NCBI RefSeq assembly: GCF_030684315.1
Contig: NC_081404.1
Span: forward strand, 13,769,140-13,833,139
Direction of reading: 5' to 3'
DNA: 64,000 bases
Origin: Stegostoma tigrinum
Taxonomy: Eukaryota
Made by a program: the position numbers and the translations under genes. Shown piece after piece: positions 10,604-24,911 of the stretch. Position 1 is the stretch's first letter. Each line of letters opens with the position of its first letter. The notes under the pieces are model-generated. The model searched no databases. It was given only the letters and a program-made list of their open reading frames with translations, and was not told the origin of the DNA.

Positions 10604-13600
10604 ATGACATCGAAAATCATCAGCAGCACCACCAGCAGCACCTCCCGCAGCAGCAGGAGCCGAGGGGGAGGCCCAATTGGCGGAGCAGCCGGGTTTTCCA
10701 CTGGACTGATCCTTTCGGGAAGCGGAGGGGGTGTTCGGGGACCCAGGAGCTCCCAAAGTGTCATCCTGAGACCGACACAGTCCGTTTCAAGCGCCCGAAT
10801 CTCCCGAGGCTCGGTGTTGGGCTCCAGCAGATATGGTGGCGGCGGTGGATCGAGCTTCAGCCGAATAAGTGTCGGTGCGGCTGGTTTAGGCTCAATGGGC
10901 TACCGGGGATATGGGGGAGGTATGTCTCAAGGTCTGATCCAGAGAACCGCTGCCCTGGACCTGAGCACCCCTTTGCCTCAAATCGATACCACCCAGCGGG
11001 CTATCCGAGTGGAGGAGAGCAAGCAGCTTCAGGGACTCAATAACCAGTTCGCGGACTTCGTTGGCAAGGTAATGTTCAGTGCTGCCCAGGCGGGTGGGTT
11101 TGTCAAATGCGTCCTCCGTGTCGTTTTCTCTCGTGCCTTGTGGTGTCCGTCGCAACGTCTAACTATCTGTCTCTCCATCTCACCCCGCCAGGTTCGGTAT
11201 TTGGAAAGGATCAATACTGAGCTGAATATCAAACTGAAACTTCTGCAGGATCAAGGCGAATACAAATCCAACATCGAGAGCATGTTCCAGGTCTACATTG
11301 ACAATCTGAAGAAACAACTGGAGGCACTTGGCCAGGAGAAGCTGAGGTTCGAGGCAGACCTGGTCCAAATGCAAGCTCTGGTCGAGGACTATAAGGGCAA
11401 GTAAGTGAGCTGCAGCTGAGTTGAGTCACGGGTTGCTTCGGAGGCGGGTTCGTGTCCGAACCAAACAGAAATACCAGGGACAGAATGAGTTCGCTTTGCC
11501 AAACCGGTAGAATGACAGCTGACGGAATTGTCCGCAGCATTGCCATGTAGACCGAACCGAACTGCACAGGGCTGTGCCGCTTCTCGTCTACGCGCTCGTT
11601 TGATTGAAGTGGGAGCACGGCTGATGCTTCCGACAACATCGTCTGACAGTGTGTGTCTTGTGTCGGGACGGAAAGGTAACGACGAGCGGAGACAGAGACA
11701 AAACAGGGACGGTGATAGGGATCAGGCTGAAAGACTGAGCATCGGTAAAACAATCTCTTTCGTTCCAGGTACGAAGATGAAATCAACAAGCGGACGGAAA
11801 TGGAAAATGAGTTTGTCCTGGTCAAGAAGGTGACTTTTATAACGATGCGCGGTACAGATCTCCGTTTGCGGCGACTTTTGCTCACTTTCATCAATGCATT
11901 CCCTCCCTCTGCTCTTTAGGATGTTGATGACTCGTACATGAGCAAAGTGGAGCTGGAAGCTAAACTGGAAGGTCTGACAGATGAAATCGATTTCCTGCGG
12001 TCTATCTATGAAGAGGTAAACACGTGGCAATGGTCGGGCTGTTATCGTTTTCTGATCTGCTTTCCATTCGAGTCTCATGCAATGTAGCCCGAATGGTTTT
12101 CAATCACCTTGCAATCTTCATCCGCCTCCCCGCCCCCGCCCACATGTAGGAAATCCGGGAGCTGCAAGCCCAGATACAGAACACATGTGTCAATGTGCAA
12201 TTGGAGGGCGGTCCGAAATTCGATGTCGAGGAGCTCCTCGCCAATGCCAGGAGGCAGTACGAAGCCTGCGCCCAGCAGAGCCGTGAGGAAGCGGAAACTT
12301 GGAAACAAACCAAGGTGAAGATTACGTGTCGCTGTCGCGTTCTTATCCAGCGGGCTGCAAAGTGAACTGTGGGACTAACGTGTTCCCAATGTCTGTTTGC
12401 AGATGCAGGAACTGGCCATGGCGTCTGGACAATGTGGCGATGATCTCAATATGCTGAAGTCAGAGATTAAACAGTCGACAGATCAAATCCGGAAACTGAA
12501 AGCATCCATCGATGCCCTGAAAAAGGAGGTAGGCAAAGGTGTGAAAGCGAACAGGGGGTGGGAAACGGTTGTAAATATCTGTACGTCTCTTTTACTCTCT
12601 CTGTCTTACCTCTCTGTCCGACATTATTATCGGGAAGGCAATAAGGGGATAGGATCAGCTCAGCTGGGTTCTTTTCTGAACGCGTGGGGGGTCTGACTGC
12701 TGTCCTTTCCGATTGGAATCAGTGGCTGGCCAGTCACGCCGCCCTCCCCAAATCATTGCGCGGGGCGGGAGCGTTTTGCCTCGGTGTCGTTCTGAACACT
12801 GAGCTGACCCCAGTAAATACTGAAGAAACTGGCCGAATGAATATTTATGTTCCTCAGCGTCTGAAACTGGAAGATGCAATCCGAGAAGCAGAGGAACGCG
12901 GCGAGAATTCTCTGAAAGACTCTCGGATGAGGATTAGCGAACTGGAAGAGGCCATCTTGAGAGCCGGGCAAGAGCTTTCCAAACAAGCCAGGGAGTACGA
13001 ACAGCTGGTGGGCATCAAGCTTGCACTGGACATTGAAATTGGGACCTACAAGAAAATGCTGGAGGGAGAGGAGGCAAGGTAAGATCAGGGCCAGTCGCTA
13101 ATCGCAGCCATCACATTGAGTCCCGTGCTGGCAAATTGCAGTCCGTCCTTGCAGTTGACTGGTAGCTCTGGTCTCTGAGAATGGAATGGACTGCAGGCAC
13201 TGGGAGTGACAATCTCTTCATTATCGACATGTCCCGGGTAAAGGTCAGCTGTCCCGTTCCTCACGCTCCCATGGCCTGCTGGCCCCTGCTGCCTGTGACA
13301 GCAGCACCTAAAGACTGGGCACTTTGCCTGAGGCGAAGGAAGCTGACAGTGCCCTTTCAGAAGTGCATCCCAGCAGATGTCAGAGTCTCTGGGTGAGGGA
13401 GGAACTTGGGAAAACGGAGTGAAAGGGTGACTGTGATTTCCTGCAATTTCCTGCTCCGATCTGAGTGTGTTTCATTTCTCAACAGGATGGCAAGTGGGGT
13501 TAAAACCCTCAACATCCAGCAAGTCCAGAGCCAAGGTAAGAGAATTTGAGGTCCAAGTGAAGTGTGATGATTCTTTCTGGTCAGGTTCTGCTCAGCTTCA

Positions 13601-14192
13601 TTCCAATCAGCCATCATCATTTCCCACCTTCAACATCAGATGCTTGTATCATTTGGCCTTGTAAAATGATCGGTAATCACCAGCCCTTGCCAGCCTACTT
13701 CACATCCCTGATTGACATCACCCAACCAGCTTTCAGTTCATGAGGCTCCAATTCTCGGAATTCCTTCTGTCAGCATTTCCTTCATTCTCCTTCCCAGTCG
13801 CCTCCTTCAAGGGCTAGATTTTCCGCATGCTTTTTCTCATCGTCCTGATGGATTTTAGGGTGTCAAATTGTTTCTTGGAGAAAGCGGCTGCAAAACATCT
13901 TGGGCTGTCGTACTTTGCGAAAGATACAACACAAATTGAGTTACTTTATCATTTTGCAATTATACTTTCAATTGTAGCACCAAGATTACAAGAAAATTTT
14001 TTTTTCTCTCTCTCTCGCTCTGCCCCTTTGACAGGTGGTTTGCAACAAGGCTTGGGTTGGGGAGCTGGATCATCTTCCTATGAGACCTCACTCAGTTCAA
14101 GTGGCTCTTACGCGAGCAACAGAGCGACGGTGGGTGGACGAACCACGTATGAGGTGTCGAGCACAGGACTCAGTCAACAAGGGATCATTTGA
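10604..14192 (+). CDS. Type II keratin, array copy 2, complete, ~516 aa. Exons 10604-11068, 11192-11400, 11769-11829, 11920-12015, 12150-12314, 12403-12528, 12858-13078, 13486-13535, 14035-14192
   Basis: ATG in gaaATGa ([12 protein letters not shown]...). Spliced CDS is 1551 nt and open throughout. Same splice sites as copy 1 at offset 10727; AATAAA at 14378-14383. Confidence 0.95.
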
Positions 14193-15246
14193 AACCATCA
14201 GTGCCTCCCAGCCGTTCATTGTCAGAGGTTATACTTGCCCTCAGTACTGTTTTTAGAGCGGTGGTTGACATCTTTATATTCACTTCATGTCTGCTACTCG
14301 GAATGACTGCATTAACCTGTTCACGTTTCATACTTAAATGACATGAAGTCTACAGCGACATCTTCATCAGTTGACAAAATAAAGTAAACTTTGTGAAAGT
14401 TTGGGTTTGTGGCAAATGCAGTCAGGACGTTCACACTGTATTTGTTGGTATCTTTAAAATGGGAATTAAAGCAAAGCTTTCGCTGTTGAACTCTGTTTCA
14501 CTTTGATGTGTAATTTTGTTCGTTGATTTACCTTATGGCATTGCTGTCCGGCTGAATAAACGTGTAAACTGCACAACTCGATTGCTTTTTGAGCAGCACA
14601 ATGTTAAATGAATGAAAAGGACAATGCTCATCCATTGTTGTGTAATTCAAGAAGTGCCCACTCCAATATCGTTACATTTCCACAAGTATGATGACACGTG
14701 GAAAGACGTCTTTGTAGTTAGCATGTCGGCACAAATACCCCAACACTGAAAATAAGCTGTCAGCCATGAATGAAACTATTCAGTCCAACATCAGTGAAAC
14801 CACTGTTGTGAATCTGACCAGATTCCCTCAAAATATTTTACCAAGTTATCTAGACCTTCACTCGTTCTGATCAGAAATGTAAATATAATGTGTGTGTCCC
14901 AAATGAACTACGACTCATCAAACCACATGATGTTAAGCTCTACTTAAAATACAACCAAGGAAGGAAGCATTTGGAATAACAACTGTATTGGAAATCTTCA
15001 TAGAAGAATAAATACAGTAATTATGACTTACTTCCTGTGCCAATACAGAAGCATCCCATAAGCAACATCCATTGGGTAAAGGGAAAATTCAGGCACAGAT
15101 TCTCACACACATTTCTCCAGTCTAGGAGGGAAATATCACCCGGAGAAAATACAAAGAAAGTAGCGACCCGGAGGCATTCACTCAAGCTCCCAACTCTGTT
15201 GAGACTCCAACAGCTTCTGATGCTGCATGAAAAAGTCCCGAAATCT

Positions 15247-17423
15247 ATAGACAATAGACAATAGCTACTGGAATCGGCCATTCGGCCCTTCTAGCCAGCA
15301 CCCCCATTCGTTATGATCATGGCTGATCATCCACAGTCAGTATCCTGTTCCTGCCTTCTCCCCATAACCCTGGATTCCACTGTCTTTAAGAACTAATATC
15401 TATCTCTTTCTTCAAAGCATCCAGAGAGTTGGCCTCCACTGCCTTCTTGGGCAGAGCATTCCATATATCCACCACTCTCTGGCTAAAGAAGTTTCTCCTC
15501 AACTCTGTTCTAAATGGCCTAGCCCTTATTTTTAAACTGTGTCCTCTGGTTCTGGACTCACCCGTCAGCGGAAACATGCTTCCTGCCTCCAAAGTCTCCA
15601 ATCCCTGAATAAACTTATACGCCTCAATCAGATGCCCTCTCATCATTCTCAGCTCAAGTGTATACAAGCACAGTCGCTCCAATCTTTCAACATCCGATAG
15701 TCCCGCCATTCTGGGAATTGACCTCGTGAGCCTACACTGCACTCCCTCAATAGCAACAATGTCCTTCCTCAAATTTGGAGACCAAAACTGCACACAAAAC
15801 TCCAGGTGCACTCTCACCAGGGCCCTGTACAGCTGCAGAAGGACCTCTTTGCTCCGATACTCAATTCCTCTTGTTATGAAGGCCAGCATGTAATTAGCTT
15901 TCTTCACTGCCTGCTGTACCTGCATGCTTGCTTTCATTGGCTAATTGACAAGAACACCTAGGTCTCGTTGTACTTCCCCTTTACGGAAATTGACTCCATG
16001 GAGGTCGTAATCTGCCTTCCTGTTCTTGCCACCAAAGTGTATAACTGCACATTTATCCACATTAAACTGCATCTGCCATGCATCCGTCCACTCAACCAGC
16101 TTGTCCAAATCACCCTGTATTCTCAAAACATCCTCCTCACATTTCACACTGCTACCCAACTTTGTGTCATCTGCAAATTTGCTAATATTACTTTAAATGC
16201 CTTCATCTATATCATTAATATATATCGTAAACAGCTGCGGTCCCAACACCGAATCTTGTGGTACCTCACTGGTCACTGCCTGTCATTCCGAAAGGGACCT
16301 GTTTATCACTACTCTTTGCTTCCTGTCAGCCAGCCAATTTTCAGTCCAACTCAGTATTTTGCCCCCAATACCATGTGCCCTAATTTTGTTCACCAATCTC
16401 CGATGTGGGACTTTATCAAAGGCTTTCTGAAAGTACATCCACTGTTTCTCCCTTAACCCTCTTCAGAGATACATTCTCCAAAAAATGCAGAAGATTAGTC
16501 AAGCACGATTTCCCCTTCGTAAATCCATGCTGACTCTGACCTATTCTGTTCCTGCTATCCAAATGAATTGTAATTTCATCTTTTATAATTGACTCCAGCA
16601 TCTTTCCCACCACTGACGTCAGGCTAACCGGTCTATCATTTCCTCTTTTCCCTCTCCCTCCTTTCTTGAAAAGTGCGACAACATTTGCCAGCCTCCAATT
16701 CACAGGAACTGATCCTGAATCTATAGACCCTTGGAACATAATTACCAACGAGTCCACAATTTCTGGAGCCACCTCCTGAAGTACCGTGGGATGCACACCA
16801 TCAGGTCCCGGGGACTTATCGGCCTTCAGACCGAACAGTCTATCCAACACCTTTTCCTGCCTAAGAGAAATACCCTTCAGTTCGTCCATTACCCTAGGTC
16901 CTTCAGCCACTATTGCATCTGGGAGATTTCTTGTGTCTTCCCTAGTGAAGACAGATCTAAAGTACCTATTCAATTCTTCCTCCATTTCCTTGTTCCCCGT
17001 GTTCAATTCACCCGTTTCTGACTTCAAGGGCCCAATTTTAGTCTGAACCATTTTTTTTTCTTTTCACATCGCTAAAAAAGCTTTTACTATCCTCCTTTAT
17101 ATTTTTGGCCAGTTTTCTTTCATAGCTCATTTTTTCACTGTTTATTGCCTTTTTACTTATCGGCTGTTGCTCTTTAAAAGCTTCCCAGTCCTCCCGCTTC
17201 CCACTCATCTTAGCTATGTTATACTTCTCTCTTATCTTTATGCAGTCCTTAACTTGACTCGTCAGCCATGAGCTGATCCTGCACCTTCTGCATTATATCC
17301 AGAAATACCTGCCACTGTTGTTCCACTGCCATCCGTGCGAGGGGATTGTACTATTGAACTTTGGCCAGCTCCTCCCATATAGCTGCATAGTTCCCTTCAT
17401 TCAACTCAATGCTGACACATCCG
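15247..17423 (-). mobile_element. Same CR1 LINE fragment, unit 2
   Basis: Duplicate of 4521-6696 at offset ~10726. Confidence 0.92.
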
Positions 17424-19703
17424 GAACGGACCCCACCTCTTCAGGCTTTATTTTTTTCAAAATCCAAGACTTTATCACCTGTTTACTAAAAAGGGTCTTG
17501 ATGAGCCAGCTCCAAACCTCTGCCTTACAATGTCTCCGAGAGCACACAGGACAAAATAACCTCTTCAAATGACAGCACACCATTCAGTACACCACCGCCG
17601 AAACCGCTCAGTTCACACTCACGGAAACTAATGAGTGCACCATCCTTGAAAGCACCCCGGCACCATCACTGAAACTGCGCAATACCCCAGTATTGATACA
17701 TCCTGGCTGTCAATTAGCTGAGTCGGCTGGGCAGTTGTTTTGCGATGCAGATTGATGGCAGCAGCACGCGTCGAGCCCGTGCAGTGCCTGCGACCACCTT
17801 GCCGATCCTGCCTTCTCAAGCTTCCGTCTTGCCTGAGGCATGGTGACCCGCTGGTTAAGCTGACAACCAGTTTTCCCTCACTGTATTGCAGGCACTTTCC
17901 GCCCGAACTGTGTGAGCCGGCACTGCACGCACACCTAGTTTGAAGGCAAGACAGCAGAGTAACATTTCTGTCTTTTGCAATGATGTGTTCAATGATTGCA
18001 ATTCTCTGGTTTTGCGAGACTGTGTCGAGGCACAGAAGCAAACATGTTGGTGCTGATAACACACATCCATATCCCGACATGATGTTGCATGGTGTGCATT
18101 GAGGAAGTGCTGCACCATGAGCAGACAAACGGAAGTCGCTGCTGCATGCAATATTCACAGATCTGCTGCACAGACATTAGTTTTGCGTCACAAGGATTTT
18201 TAGGGCTCCCGTTCCGTCTTTCGTGACATGGTCAAGGTGCTTCCGCTAAGTCGTTGGTTTGCGCTCAGTGGACAGATGGCCACCGGGTCAAAGCAGGATG
18301 AGTTTGCAGCTGCATGACACCTTCACTTTCTGGCTGTGTGTATAATGCTGTTCCCTTTTGAACAGTCTCACGTTGCCGCGATACGCAGCACCCTCCCTGA
18401 CATGACCCAGCACCAACGGCAGCTGCTTTGGGCCTGGCCTCAGACATTTCCATTCCCATTGAGCACTTGTGCTTTTCAGCAAAATGGAAGCTACAAATGG
18501 CAGCTCTTTCAGACGTGCGTTCTGTGAGTCTAACTGAGTCTGCACCTGCCCACTTATCCCCCGAGCTGCAAGGATATCTGGTCAATAGGTCAGCATTTCC
18601 GGGGAACCGACACTTTCCCATTCACATCCAGCCTTCCGCGGATTATCGTCTCCCCACTGATATATTCAGCTGTCCCCCAGGGCCTTTTCACTTTTCTCAT
18701 CACCATTATGTTCGTAGCCCTTCTCCCGCAGCACTGGCAACCGAATACCCGCCACCTAACCTTGACTTTCTGTGGATGGACACCTCACATTGACCGTGGT
18801 GCACCACTTCAGCTGCTTCGCTGTGCAGCCCTGATCAATGAGTGACCAGAACCCTGACTGATACTTCTGCAGCTCTGCTACTCTGTTCCTGTGTCTCGCT
18901 GGACTGATTGCAATGGATCCACGCGGCTGACCATAGCCAACTCTCCAGGCTGCACTGCTATGGGCCACCGAACCGTCAGCACTCTAAGCGTCTCACACCT
19001 TGCCCAAGCCCCTGGACTGATATCATAGACAGCCCAGAACTTTACAAATCCCAAAGGCGTTATTCATGTCGCCAGATTGCACACATTCCAATTATACCGT
19101 TTTGGTACTGCAACGCATTCTTTGCCTTGCATCACAGCGGCATCCACTAGCTCCCTCAGGCTTCATTCTGCCTTATTTATTTACTTTTATTGTAAATAAT
19201 CAACACTGCTGTTCCCGATAAGCTCATTATAACACTGCAGTGAAGTTTTCTAATATTCACGAAGCCTTACAATCCCTGAAACATCTGTTCAATTTAAACA
19301 GTGGTGAACAAAATACTCAACGTCCCCATTTGACTGGAATGTCACCATTTATTTAACCGTGTGTTTGGGGGTTTGGTGGTTGTACAATGTGGGTGGGTGT
19401 AATGGTGCACAGCGCTCAATTCCCATGGGCTCTCTGCCCGCTCTCACGCAATCTTCCATTGCTAATTTTCATGAGACTGCCCAAGTCAGAAAAGCAGCTC
19501 GTCGCTCTCACCAAACTCCGTCATTCACCAAACTCCAAGGTCCAGATCGTGTTGCAAGTTGCACTCAGTGACCAGCTGCCTTCCAATCTCATTGATTTCC
19601 AGAAACTGCGACGAAAATCATTCGTGGGTGGGAGCCTGAGACTTGCTTGCTGGCCTGGCCATGTCCAAGATTCAGACGCGACCAGAAAAGCTGCAAACTG
19701 ATC

Positions 19704-20227
19704 ATAGAACATAAAACATAGAACATTACAGCACAGTACAGGCCCTTCGGACCTCGATGTTGTGCAGACCTGTCATACCGATCTTCAGCCCATCTAACCG
19801 ACACTATTCCATGTACGTCCATATGCTTGTCCAATGACGACTTAAATGTACCTAAAGTTGGCGAATCTACTGCCGTTGCAGGCAAAGCGTTCCTTTCCCT
19901 AACTACTCTCTGAGTAAACAATCTACCTCTGACATCTGTCCCATATCTTTCACCCCTCAATTTCAAGCTCTGACCCCTCGTGCTCGCCGTCACCATCCTA
20001 GGAAAAAGGCTCTCCCTATCCACCCTATCTAACTCTCTGATTAGTTGATATGTTTGAATTAAGTCACCTCTCAACCGTCTTCTCTCTGATGAAAACAGCC
20101 TCAAGTCCCTCAGCCTTACCTCGTAAGACCTTCCCTCCATACCAGGCAACATCCTAGTAAATCTCGTCTGCACCCTTTCCAGAGCTTCCACCTCCTTCTT
20201 ACAATGCGGTGACCAGAACTGTTCACA
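19704..20227 (-). mobile_element. CR1 3' fragment, unit 2
   Basis: Duplicate of 8977-9500. Confidence 0.9.
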
Positions 20228-21322
20228 AACTGCACTGTAAAGTTCGTTGTGTATATTCAGACGCTGTGACACGACTGTGCAGCAAGTAGGACTGCAACTC
20301 AGGCCTCCTTACTCAGAGCTAGGGACATTCCCACCACATCACCAAAGCGCTGAACTTTCCATTTGATGCTGCTTGTGGAAGAGAAGGCGCTGGAGATCCT
20401 GTGAATTCACCCGTTTCACCAGTTGGTGGAGCCTCTGGAACACAGTCCTCGGGAACTGCGCGACTGTGCAAAGGGGATCGTTCCAAGCGCCTCTCACACA
20501 CTTCTTGCTCGCTGCATCCTGTCACCCGCACCCCCCAACAAGCACCAAACCAACTCAGCGCTCGAACGCTGTCAGCAAGGCACTTAACAACTTCGAATCA
20601 TACGTTCAACATCAGAAACACGATCCAAGAGGCAGATTTTTATGTTCAAAATGTATTCGAAGAAAGGCACGCACTATTTGGGAGGAGACAATGGCGAATG
20701 TGCAAAGAGGGCAGAGGTGGAGGAATGCCCAGAATGTCTGAGGGTTGAAGGGAGCCCAAACAGGGAGAAAGAAAAGTGGGTTCGGGACCAGAAGGAGTGT
20801 CCGAACATGGAGGGGTGCGCGGGTCGACCGGGATTTGCGAAATCCCGGCTATGAAGTGAATGGGGAAAGCTGGATGTGGGTAATGGGTTGGCAAAGGGGT
20901 GACCATTCAGGAGAAGATGCGGTTGAAGCAGGGACTGCCCAGTTGAGAAAAGGCCTGAAACAGCTGACGATGTAAAATGGGGTGGTGGTTAGGAGGAGTG
21001 GGCGGTGTTGGAGAACCTTGGACTGATTGCAAGTGGCGAGCTAAGCAAAGAATCAGGTGTTGGCGCTCGGCAAAGGTGCAGGTCCCACCTCTCCTCCCCG
21101 GCCCAGGGGCACAGGGCGGCGGCTGGTTCCTCCCCTCTCCGGCTTGCTCCATTCTGGGCGGTTCCTTGTCAACAGACAGCCCCTTGGCCAACCCAGACTC
21201 ACACGGACATAAAAGCAGCCGAGTCCGTCCTCAGCTCCACCGAGCCGTTCACTTTCTGTCTGTGCTCTCTCTCTCTCTCTCTCTCTCTGCGAGTCTGTGT
21301 CTACGTCGTGAAAAACCTCGAA

Positions 21323-24300
21323 ATGACATCGAAAATCATCAGCAGCACCACCAGCAGCACCTCCCGCAGCAGCAGGAGCCGAGGGGGAGGCCCAATTGGC
21401 GGAGCAGCCGGGTTTTCCACTGGACTGATCCTGTCGGGAAGCGGAGGGGGTGTTCGGGGACCCAGGAGCTCCCAAAGTGTCATCCTGAGACCGACACAGT
21501 CCGTCTCAAGCGCCCGAATCTCCCGAGGCTCGGCGTTGGGCTCCAGCAAATATGGTGGCGGCGGTGGATCGAGCTTCAGCCGAATAAGTGTCGGTGCGGC
21601 TGGTTTAGGCTCAATGGGCTACCGGGGATATGGGGGAGGTATGTCTCAAGGTCTGATCCAGAGAACCGCTGCCCTGGACCTGAGCACCCCTTTGCCTCAA
21701 ATCGATACCACCCAGCGGGCTATCCGAGTGGAGGAGAGCAAGCAGCTTCAGGGACTCAATAACCAGTTCGCGGACTTCGTTGGCAAGGTAATGTTCAGTG
21801 CTGCCCAGGCGGGTGGGTTTGTCAAATGCGTCCTCCGTGTCGTTTTCTCTCGTGCCTTGTGGTGTCCGTCGCAACGTCTAACTATCTGTCTCTCCATCTC
21901 ACCCCGCCAGGTTCGGTATTTGGAAAGGATCAATACTGAGCTGAATATCAAACTGAAACTTCTGCAGGATCAAGGCGAATACAAATCCAACATCGAGAGC
22001 ATGTTCCAGGTCTACATTGACAATCTGAAGAAACAACTGGAGGCACTTGGCCAGGAGAAGCTGAGGTTCGAGGCAGACCTGGTCCAAATGCAAGCTCTGG
22101 TCGAGGACTATAAGGGCAAGTAAGTGAGCTGCAGCTGAGTTTAGTCACGGGTTGCTTCGGAGGCGGGTTCGTGTCCGAACCAAACAGAAATACCAGGGAC
22201 AGAATGAGTTCGCTTTGCCAAACCGGTAGAATGACAGCTGACGGAATTGTCCGCAGCATTGCCATGTAGACCGAACCGAACTGCACAGGGCTGTGCCGCT
22301 TCTCGTCTGCGCGCTCGTTTGATTGAAGTGGGAGCACGACTGATGCTTCCGACAACATCGTCTGACAGTGTGTGTCTTGTGTCGGGACGGAAAGGTAACG
22401 ACGAGCGGAGACAGAGACAAAACAGGGACGGTGATAGGGATCAGGCTGAAAGACTGAGCATCGGTAAAACAATCTCTTTCGTTCCAGGTACGAAGATGAA
22501 ATCAACAAGCGGACGGAAATGGAAAATGAGTTTGTCCTGGTCAAGAAGGTGACTTTTATAACGATGCGCGGTACAGATCTCCGTTTGCGGCGACTTTTGC
22601 TCACTTTCATCAATGCATTCCCTCCCTCTGCTCTTTAGGATGTTGATGACTCGTACATGAGCAAAGTGGAGCTGGAAGCTAAACTGGAAGGTCTGACAGA
22701 TGAAATCGATTTCCTGCGGTCTATCTATGAAGAGGTAAACACGTGGCAATGGTCGGGCTGTTATCGTTTTCTGATCTGCTTTCCATTCGAGTCTCATGCA
22801 ATGTAGCCCGAATGGTTTTCAATCACCTTGCAATCTTCATCCGCCTCCCCGCCCCCGCCCACATGTAGGAAATCCGGGAGCTGCAAGCCCAGATACAGAA
22901 CACATGTGTCAATGTGCAATTGGAGGGCGGTCCGAAATTCGATGTCGAGGAGCTCCTCGCCAATGCCAGGAGGCAGTACGAAGCCTGCGCCCAGCAGAGC
23001 CGTGAGGAAGCGGAAACTTGGAAACAAACCAAGGTGAAGATTACGTGTCGCTGTCGCGTTCTTATCCAGCGGGCTGCAAAGTGAACTGTGGGACTAACGT
23101 GTTCCCAATGTCTGTTTGCAGATGCAGGAACTGGCCATGGCGTCTGGACAATGTGGCGATGATCTCAATATGCTGAAGTCAGAGATTAAACAGTCGACAG
23201 ATCAAATCCGGAAACTGAAAGCATCCATCGATGCCCTGAAAAAGGAGGTAGGCAAAGGTGTGAAAGCGAACAGGGTATGGGAAACGGTTGTAAATATCTG
23301 TACGTCTCTTTTACTCTCTCTGTCTTACCTCTCTGTCCGACATTATTATCGGGAAGGCAATAAGGGGATAGGATCAGCTCAGCTGGGTTCTTTTCTGAAC
23401 GCGTGGGGGGTCTGACTGCTGTCCTTTCCGATTGGAATCAGTGGCTGGCCAGTCACGCCGCCCTCCGCAAATCATTGCGCGGGGCGGGAGCGTTTTGCCT
23501 CGGTGTCGTTCTGAACACTGAGCTGACCCCAGTAAATACTGAAGAAACTGGCCGAATGAATATTTATGTTCCTCAGCGTCTGAAACTGGAAGATGCAATC
23601 CGAGAAGCAGAGGAACGCGGCGAGAATTCTCTGAAAGACTCTCGGATGAGGATTAGCGAACTGGAAGAGGCCATCTTGAGAGCCGGGCAAGAGCTTTCCA
23701 AACAAGCCAGGGAGTACGAACAGCTGGTGGGCATCAAGCTTGCACTGGACATTGAAATTGGGACCTACAAGAAAATGCTGGAGGGAGAGGAGGCAAGGTA
23801 AGATCAGGGCCAGTCGCTAATCGCAGCCATCACATTGAGTCCCGTGCTGGCAAATTGCAGTCCGTCCTTGCAGTTGACTGGTAGCTCTGGTCTCTGAGAA
23901 TGGAATGGACTGCAGGCACTGGGAGTGACAATCACTTCATTATCTACATGTCCCGGGTAAAGGTCAGCTGTCCCGTTCCTCACGCTCCCATGGCCTGCTG
24001 GCCCCTGCTGCCTGTGACAGCAGCACCTAAAGATTGGGCACTTTGCCTGAGGCGAAGGAAGCTGACAGTGCCCTTTCAGAAGTGCATCCCAGCAGATGTC
24101 AGAGTCTCTGGGTGAGGGAGGAACTTGGGAAAACGGAGTGAAAGGGTGACTGTGATTTCCTGCAATTTCCTGCTCCGATCTGAGTGTGTTTCATTTCTCA
24201 ACAGGATGGCAAGTGGGGTTAAAACCCTCAACATCCAGCAAGTCCAGAGCCAAGGTAAGAGAATTTGAGGTCCAAGTGAAGTGTGATGATTCTTTCTGGT

Positions 24301-24911
24301 CAGGTTCTGCTCAGCTTCATTCCAATCAGCCATCATCATTTCCCACCTTCAACATCAGATGCTTGTATCATTTGGCCTTGTAAAATGATCGGTAATCACC
24401 AGCCCTTGCCAGCCTACTTCACATCCCTGATTGACATCACCCAACCAGCTTTCAGTTCATGAGGCTCCAATTCTAGGAATTCCTTCTGTCAGCATTTCCT
24501 TCATTCTCCTTCCCAGTCGCCTCCTTCAAGGGCTAGATTTTCCGCATGCTTTTTCTCATCGTCCTGATGGATTTTAGGGTGTCAAATTGTTTCTTGGAGA
24601 AAGCGGCTGCAAAACATCTTGGGCTGTCGTACTTTGCGAAAGATACAACACAAATTGAGTTACTTTATCATTTTGCAATTATACTTTCAATTGTAGCAAC
24701 AAGATTACAAGAAATTTTTTTTTTCTCTCTCTCTCTCTCTGCCCCTTTGACAGGTGGTTTGCAGCAAGGCTTGGGTTGGGGATCTGGATCATCTTCCTAT
24801 GAGACCTCACTCAGTTCAAGTGGCTCTTACGCGAGCAACAGAGCGACGGTGGGTGGACGAACCACGTATGAGGTGTCGAGCACAGGACTCAGTCAACAAG
24901 GGATCATTTGA
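21323..24911 (+). CDS. Type II keratin, array copy 3, complete, ~516 aa. Exons 21323-21787, 21911-22119, 22488-22548, 22639-22734, 22869-23033, 23122-23247, 23577-23797, 24205-24254, 24754-24911
   Basis: Intact frame and splice sites. Differs from copy 2 by head V>A and R>K (SVLGSSRY > SALGSSKY) and tail A>S. AATAAA at 25097-25102. Confidence 0.95.
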
